This document shows positions 60,482-64,000 of a DNA stretch of 64,000 nucleotides, piece after piece; within the stretch, counting starts at the first letter, position 1; each line of letters opens with the position of its first letter. Below the pieces are notes generated by a model, which saw only the letters and a program-made list of their open reading frames with translations, had not been told where the DNA came from and searched no databases. A program made the position numbers and the translations under genes. Source of the stretch: an uncultured delta proteobacterium (GTDB lineage Bacteria; Myxococcota_A; Polyangia; Polyangiales; Polyangiaceae); assembly GCA_963782055.1 (NCBI GenBank), contig CAWAIF010000003.1, positions 3,360,001-3,424,000 on the forward strand, in the 5' to 3' direction.

Positions 60482-60829
60482 TCACCTCGCAGTACGAGAG
60501 GGCTCCGCGGCTTCGGCTGCGGGGCCCTTCGCTTTGGCCCGCAGCTCCCGCACCTCTTGAAGTAGCTCCGTGCACCGCGCCTGCGTGCGCGTGAGGGCGT
60601 CGGCCACCGCGGACCGCTCCCCGGCGAGCTTGCCGATCGCTTCGTACACCAGCGCGTCAAGCATCTCGGCGCGAAGCTCCGCGGTCCAGTCGCGCGCGTC
60701 CTGCGCGATGCGGAGCTCCCCGTACTGGCGCCGCCCGGTCGCGAGCCGATCCGCAATCATGCAGAGTACACGCACCTCGTCCGGGCCCAGCGTCGCCACG
60801 ATGGCGCCCAGGCGATCCGCAGGGCTCAC
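60482..60829 (-). CDS. Phage-type all-alpha NTP-pyrophosphohydrolase-like protein
   Basis: RLATGRRQYG...RDWTAELRAEMLDALVY resembles the G..KYG...EE.LD...Y pattern of phage MazG-like proteins. Confidence 0.5.
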   Translation of the reverse strand: MSPADRLGAIVATLGPDEVRVLCMIADRLATGRRQYGELRIAQDARDWTAELRAEMLDALVYEAIGKLAGERSAVADALTRTQARCTELLQEVRELRAKAKGPAAEAAEPSRTAR

Positions 60830-61068
60830 CACGGGGACTCGTCCTCGCGCTGCCTCTGGAAGTAGTCCGGCGAGTGCGGCTTCGCGATGTCATGAGCCGC
60901 GGCAAGGCGCCCGGCCTCGTCCAGCCGCAGCGTGGGCATGTCGCGCGGGCGCTCGGGGCTTGGCGCGCCCGCGTCGCGCGGGACGATCGTCCCGTCATCG
61001 ATCAACGCGGCGCGGAGCTCGCGCGCGAAGGCCCGCCGTGCGCTGGAGTGCGTCGTCAGATCACCCAT
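60826..61068 (-). CDS. Hypothetical protein
   Basis: Part of the overlapping gene chain. Confidence 0.5.
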   Translation of the reverse strand: MGDLTTHSSARRAFARELRAALIDDGTIVPRDAGAPSPERPRDMPTLRLDEAGRLAAAHDIAKPHSPDYFQRQREDESPW

Positions 61069-61361
61069 GCTTTGTCTCCGCGCATGCGCACCACGACCCG
61101 AGCGGACTGGACGAGGCCTCGGTCGTGAACCGTGACGAACCGGCCGTGCCCCAGCCGAACTGTGGCGGTGCCGTCGTCGCAGTGCACGACCGTGCCGTCG
61201 AGCGCAGAAAGCGGCGGGTGGGCGCGCCGCAGAAAAGGAGGCCTTCCCCTCTGCGGCGCCGAGAGGGGAGCCAGCCCTCGCGCGCGGGAGGTGGATGGCC
61301 TCCCGCGGCCCGAGGCGAGGCGGCGGGATGGCGCCGCCGCATCGCCTACTACATCCTTCAC
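61056..61361 (-). CDS. Hypothetical protein with a small beta-rich C-terminal domain
   Basis: GTGA overlap. LDGTVVHCDDGTATVRLGHGRFVTV...VVVRM. Confidence 0.45.
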   Translation of the reverse strand: MKDVVGDAAAPSRRLASGRGRPSTSRARGLAPLSAPQRGRPPFLRRAHPPLSALDGTVVHCDDGTATVRLGHGRFVTVHDRGLVQSARVVVRMRGDKAWVI

Positions 61362-61777
61362 GGCGCCCGCCACAGATCGGGCGCGGCCTCTTCCGGTGCG
61401 GGGCGGACCATGGTGGCCACCTCGTACTTCGCGATCGAGGTTGTGATCGGGAGCATGATCAGCGCCCACCGATGCGTCCAGGGAAGGGGGCCGAAGTCTG
61501 GAGCGTCCCGGGCGATGATCGCTTCGACGTTCCCGCGCATCGTGCGCCCGGCGATCTCCGCGCCCCCGTCGTCGTCGCCCGGCCACATGACCACCGTGTC
61601 ATCCACCCGCGAGAGGAAGGCATCGCGGTCCGCGAAGGCGACATGGCGCGCACGGAAGACCATGTGCCCGCCGACCGTCGCGCCGCCGAGGGCTACGAAG
61701 TGATCGGTGGGGCAGTCGGCGAGCCCGGCGCGCAGCGCATCGATCAGCGCGTCGACGGTGGCGTCGCCGGTGCTCAC
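61358..61777 (-). CDS. Hypothetical protein
   Basis: GTGA overlaps at both ends. Confidence 0.6.
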   Translation of the reverse strand: MSTGDATVDALIDALRAGLADCPTDHFVALGGATVGGHMVFRARHVAFADRDAFLSRVDDTVVMWPGDDDGGAEIAGRTMRGNVEAIIARDAPDFGPLPWTHRWALIMLPITTSIAKYEVATMVRPAPEEAAPDLWRAP

Positions 61778-62124
61778 GACTCACCCGCGGCGAGGGCGAG
61801 ACGCGCGACCTTCGCCGCGTCTTCGGCCGACTGCGCCCGCACGCTGGCCAGGTGTCGACGCGCCTGCTCCGGCGTCATGTTCAGCTCGTATCGCCCGTGG
61901 ATGAAGGTCACGCCGGACCCCTGCGCGGACATGCCCATGCGCGCGGCGATGCGCGCGGCTTCGGGGCTCTTCGTCGAAGGCTTGCCGACTCCGCGAGCGA
62001 GGATCTGCCGGGCCTGCTCCCGCGTGATCGGGCCCAGCTCGTAGCGCCCGCCCTTGAAGCTCGCGACTGCGGGCGCCTCGCCGTGGAAGACGCCCATCCT
62101 GAGGTTGATCTCGTTCTTTGTCAT
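61774..62124 (-). CDS. Hypothetical protein with an internal duplication
   Basis: FKGGRYELGPITREQARQIL and FIHGRYELNMTPEQARRHL are repeats. ATGA overlap. Confidence 0.65.
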   Translation of the reverse strand: MTKNEINLRMGVFHGEAPAVASFKGGRYELGPITREQARQILARGVGKPSTKSPEAARIAARMGMSAQGSGVTFIHGRYELNMTPEQARRHLASVRAQSAEDAAKVARLALAAGES

Positions 62125-62933
62125 CTCAGCAACTCCCTCTCCGCGCTGGTGCGCTTGAGATCCAAGGCCGCAACCTCGGAGTCATCCGCCGGCGCCTGGC
62201 GCCTCCCGCGCGGCGGCGCGGGGGACGCGGGGGCGCGTGCAGCCTTTTCCGCATCGATCTGCGCGGCGCGCCTCTTCGCGATGAGCGCGGCCTCAGCGTC
62301 GCGGGCCGCGGCGTACCCATCGACGCGGCACACGCGCGAGCGCAGCGACTCTCCGCGAGCGCGCACGATCTCGGGGTCGATCGAAGCGTGGAGCCGAACG
62401 ACTGCGCGCTCCACGGCTCGCTCGAGCTCCGCCACGGAGTCGCCGAACTCGAGCGGACCGATGTCGCCGCGACCGACGCGGGCGAGCAAGCTCTCCGCCA
62501 GCGGGCCCGCGTGGTCGGATTCGTACTGCGTGAACGCCGGCGACCCGTGCATCGCGACCCGCTCGTCGCCGTGCGCCACCGCTGCGATCAGGTGCCAGGA
62601 CGAGAATTCGCCGCCGAGCTCCTCGCGAGCGCGCACGATGACCGCGCCGGCGGTCCGGATGACCTCCGCCCAGCTCGTACGCTTGCCGTCGCACGTGGCG
62701 ACGGCCTCGCGCCAGTCGGAGACGAGCGCGAGGATCTCCGCTTCCTGCCGCGCGCGGGCGGCGGCGGCGGCGGCCTCGGCGTCTTTGATCCGGGCGGAGT
62801 GATTGCTCGTCATCGCGAGCCGCGCACCCCGGTGATCGTGGTCGAGTGCGGCGAGCTCGTCCAGGCACGAGCGGGTGAGGGCGTCGAGCGCGCGAGCGCG
62901 TTCGGCGTGCGAGGTGTGGGTCACGTCGGTCAT
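62121..62933 (-). CDS. Helical/coiled-coil hypothetical protein
   Basis: ATGA overlaps at both ends. Ala/Arg/Glu-rich helices. Confidence 0.6.
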   Translation of the reverse strand: MTDVTHTSHAERARALDALTRSCLDELAALDHDHRGARLAMTSNHSARIKDAEAAAAAARARQEAEILALVSDWREAVATCDGKRTSWAEVIRTAGAVIVRAREELGGEFSSWHLIAAVAHGDERVAMHGSPAFTQYESDHAGPLAESLLARVGRGDIGPLEFGDSVAELERAVERAVVRLHASIDPEIVRARGESLRSRVCRVDGYAAARDAEAALIAKRRAAQIDAEKAARAPASPAPPRGRRQAPADDSEVAALDLKRTSAERELLR

Positions 62934-63181
62934 GCGGACACCCTGCTCCCGTCGGAGTCTACAGTTGTGGAATTCGTCGGAGGCGCGAGCCACGACGCGG
63001 GCGCGATGGCGTACACCTCGGCGAGGCGAACGGCGACGCGGAGCCCGGGCAGTCGCGTCCCCGCGAGAAGGGAGTAGAGGGTCGCGCGCTTGATCCGTGT
63101 GTGGTGCAGGACGAGCGTCAAGCCGTCGCGCGCGACCACGGCGGCGAGCGCCTCACGGCCTGCACTTCGCGCGGGGGTCAC
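62930..63181 (-). CDS. Small Cro/XRE-like HTH protein
   Basis: IKRATLYSLLAGTRLPGLRVAVRLAEVYAIAPASW. Confidence 0.65.
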   Translation of the reverse strand: MTPARSAGREALAAVVARDGLTLVLHHTRIKRATLYSLLAGTRLPGLRVAVRLAEVYAIAPASWLAPPTNSTTVDSDGSRVSA

Positions 63182-63342
63182 GGCTCGTTGCCCTCCGGCG
63201 CGGGCGCCGGCGCGCGCGAGGGCTCCGCGGCGGGGCGCGGGGCTCCGCACGTGGGGCACCGCCCCTTCTTGCGGGCGAGCTCCGCCAGTAGGCGCCTCGC
63301 GAGCGACGCCGCCGGCGAGCTCGGGGGGTCGGGCGCCCTCAC
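63178..63342 (-). CDS. Small CPxCG protein
   Basis: GTG at 63342 overlaps the TGA at 63339-63341. Contains RCPTCG. Confidence 0.45.
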   Translation of the reverse strand: MRAPDPPSSPAASLARRLLAELARKKGRCPTCGAPRPAAEPSRAPAPAPEGNEP

Positions 63343-63927
63343 GGCTTCATGCCCTCCAGCGCCGCAGCAACGGCCCCCATCGCCTCCGGGTAAGGCTCGA
63401 GCGCATCGCCGATCGCGACCTGGATCCTCGCAAACGTGGGCGTGCTCAAGAATCCGCCGGTCGAGCGCGGCGCCGTCGATCTTGTCCAGGATGGCGAGCG
63501 ATGCGCAGCACGAAGACACGAGCCGCGCCTTGGCGGAGGGCGGGAGGCCCGCGGCTCCCTTCGCGCGCAGCTCACCAAGCAAACCCGCGATCGTCTGCCG
63601 GAGCTCGCGCGCCACCGCGTCGACGTCGAGCTCGTCGCCCGCGTCGCCCCCGGCGGCGACGGGATGGTCACCCTCCGAGGCGCGTACCGGCGGGGCCTGG
63701 ACGGCCCCAGGAAGCGCCGGGCCGCACGCCTCGTCCCAGGACGCTACCGGGATGGCGTAAGCGGCCTCCAGGCGCGCCCTGGCAGCCGCGCCGGGGCGGG
63801 AGCGCCCCTTTACCCAGTGGTGTGCCGAGGTGACGGAAGCGCCGGCCGCCGTCGCAATCTCCTCCAGGGTGAGGCCAAGCCGGGAGAGCAGATCGGCGCC
63901 GGGGCTCATCTTCGCGTGTCGGGTCAT
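63339..63927 (-). pseudogene. HTH-containing element protein with an apparent +1 frameshift at about 63441
   Basis: N-terminal HTH (LTLEEIATAAGASVTSAHHWVKGRSRP). Removing one base gives ILEHPTFARIQVAIGDALEPYPEAMGAVAAALEGMKP*, which restores a GTGA overlap with the next gene. Confidence 0.55.
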
Positions 63928-64000
63928 GTAGTTTCACCTGTGAAGGTTTCAGATTTTCGGGGCGGAAAATTACAAGCAGAGCACTTGTCGGTGTTGCGCT

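Larger units (their letters stand above)
57890..64000. mobile_element. Integrated prophage/satellite-like element at tRNA-Lys, right boundary outside the window
   Basis: Integrase abuts the tRNA 3' end, followed by HTH/RHH regulators and a run of short overlapping hypothetical genes. Confidence 0.8.

Noticed and set aside
63928..64000. AT-richer stretch with two GTTTCA repeats as a cos site or operator
   Set aside because: Truncated by the window edge and too short to support a call.

Overview
Very GC-rich bacterial DNA. The gene content (Cys-rich lipoproteins, giant TPR proteins, eukaryote-like Ser/Thr kinases, a zinc-ribbon/TPR membrane protein) suggests a myxobacterium, probably Polyangiaceae-like; this is inference. 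About 55 genes can be supported, and most long ORFs in the track are GC-rich antisense or shadow frames. Bases 1-1580 hold a putative metal (copper) locus: a palindromic operator, then a Cys/His-rich leader protein with a Pro-rich C-terminus (CutF/CruR-like), then hairpins that sequester the next RBS, then two YtkA-like lipoproteins. Next come a ferritin-like diiron enzyme coupled to a small Asn-motif-repeat lipoprotein, lipid and peptidoglycan genes, and a large TPR/kinase/lipoprotein envelope region (6.3-31 kb, one gene frameshifted). The middle carries terB-like, marR-like, dinG/yoaA, eno, a two-component pair, a GMC oxidoreductase with a divergent peroxiredoxin, an ABC-F ATPase, a non-RD kinase, and a LytS/LytTR/acylase module. 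From tRNA-Lys(UUU) at 57814-57889 to the window end lies an integrated phage/satellite-like element. Its tyrosine integrase ORF runs antisense through the tRNA (Mx8-like att-in-integrase layout). Its XRE-RHH regulator contains an internal sigma70 promoter that shares a TGTAGCYACA operator with the divergent promoter. No CRISPR array or rRNA was seen. All family assignments come from motif recognition, not database searches.
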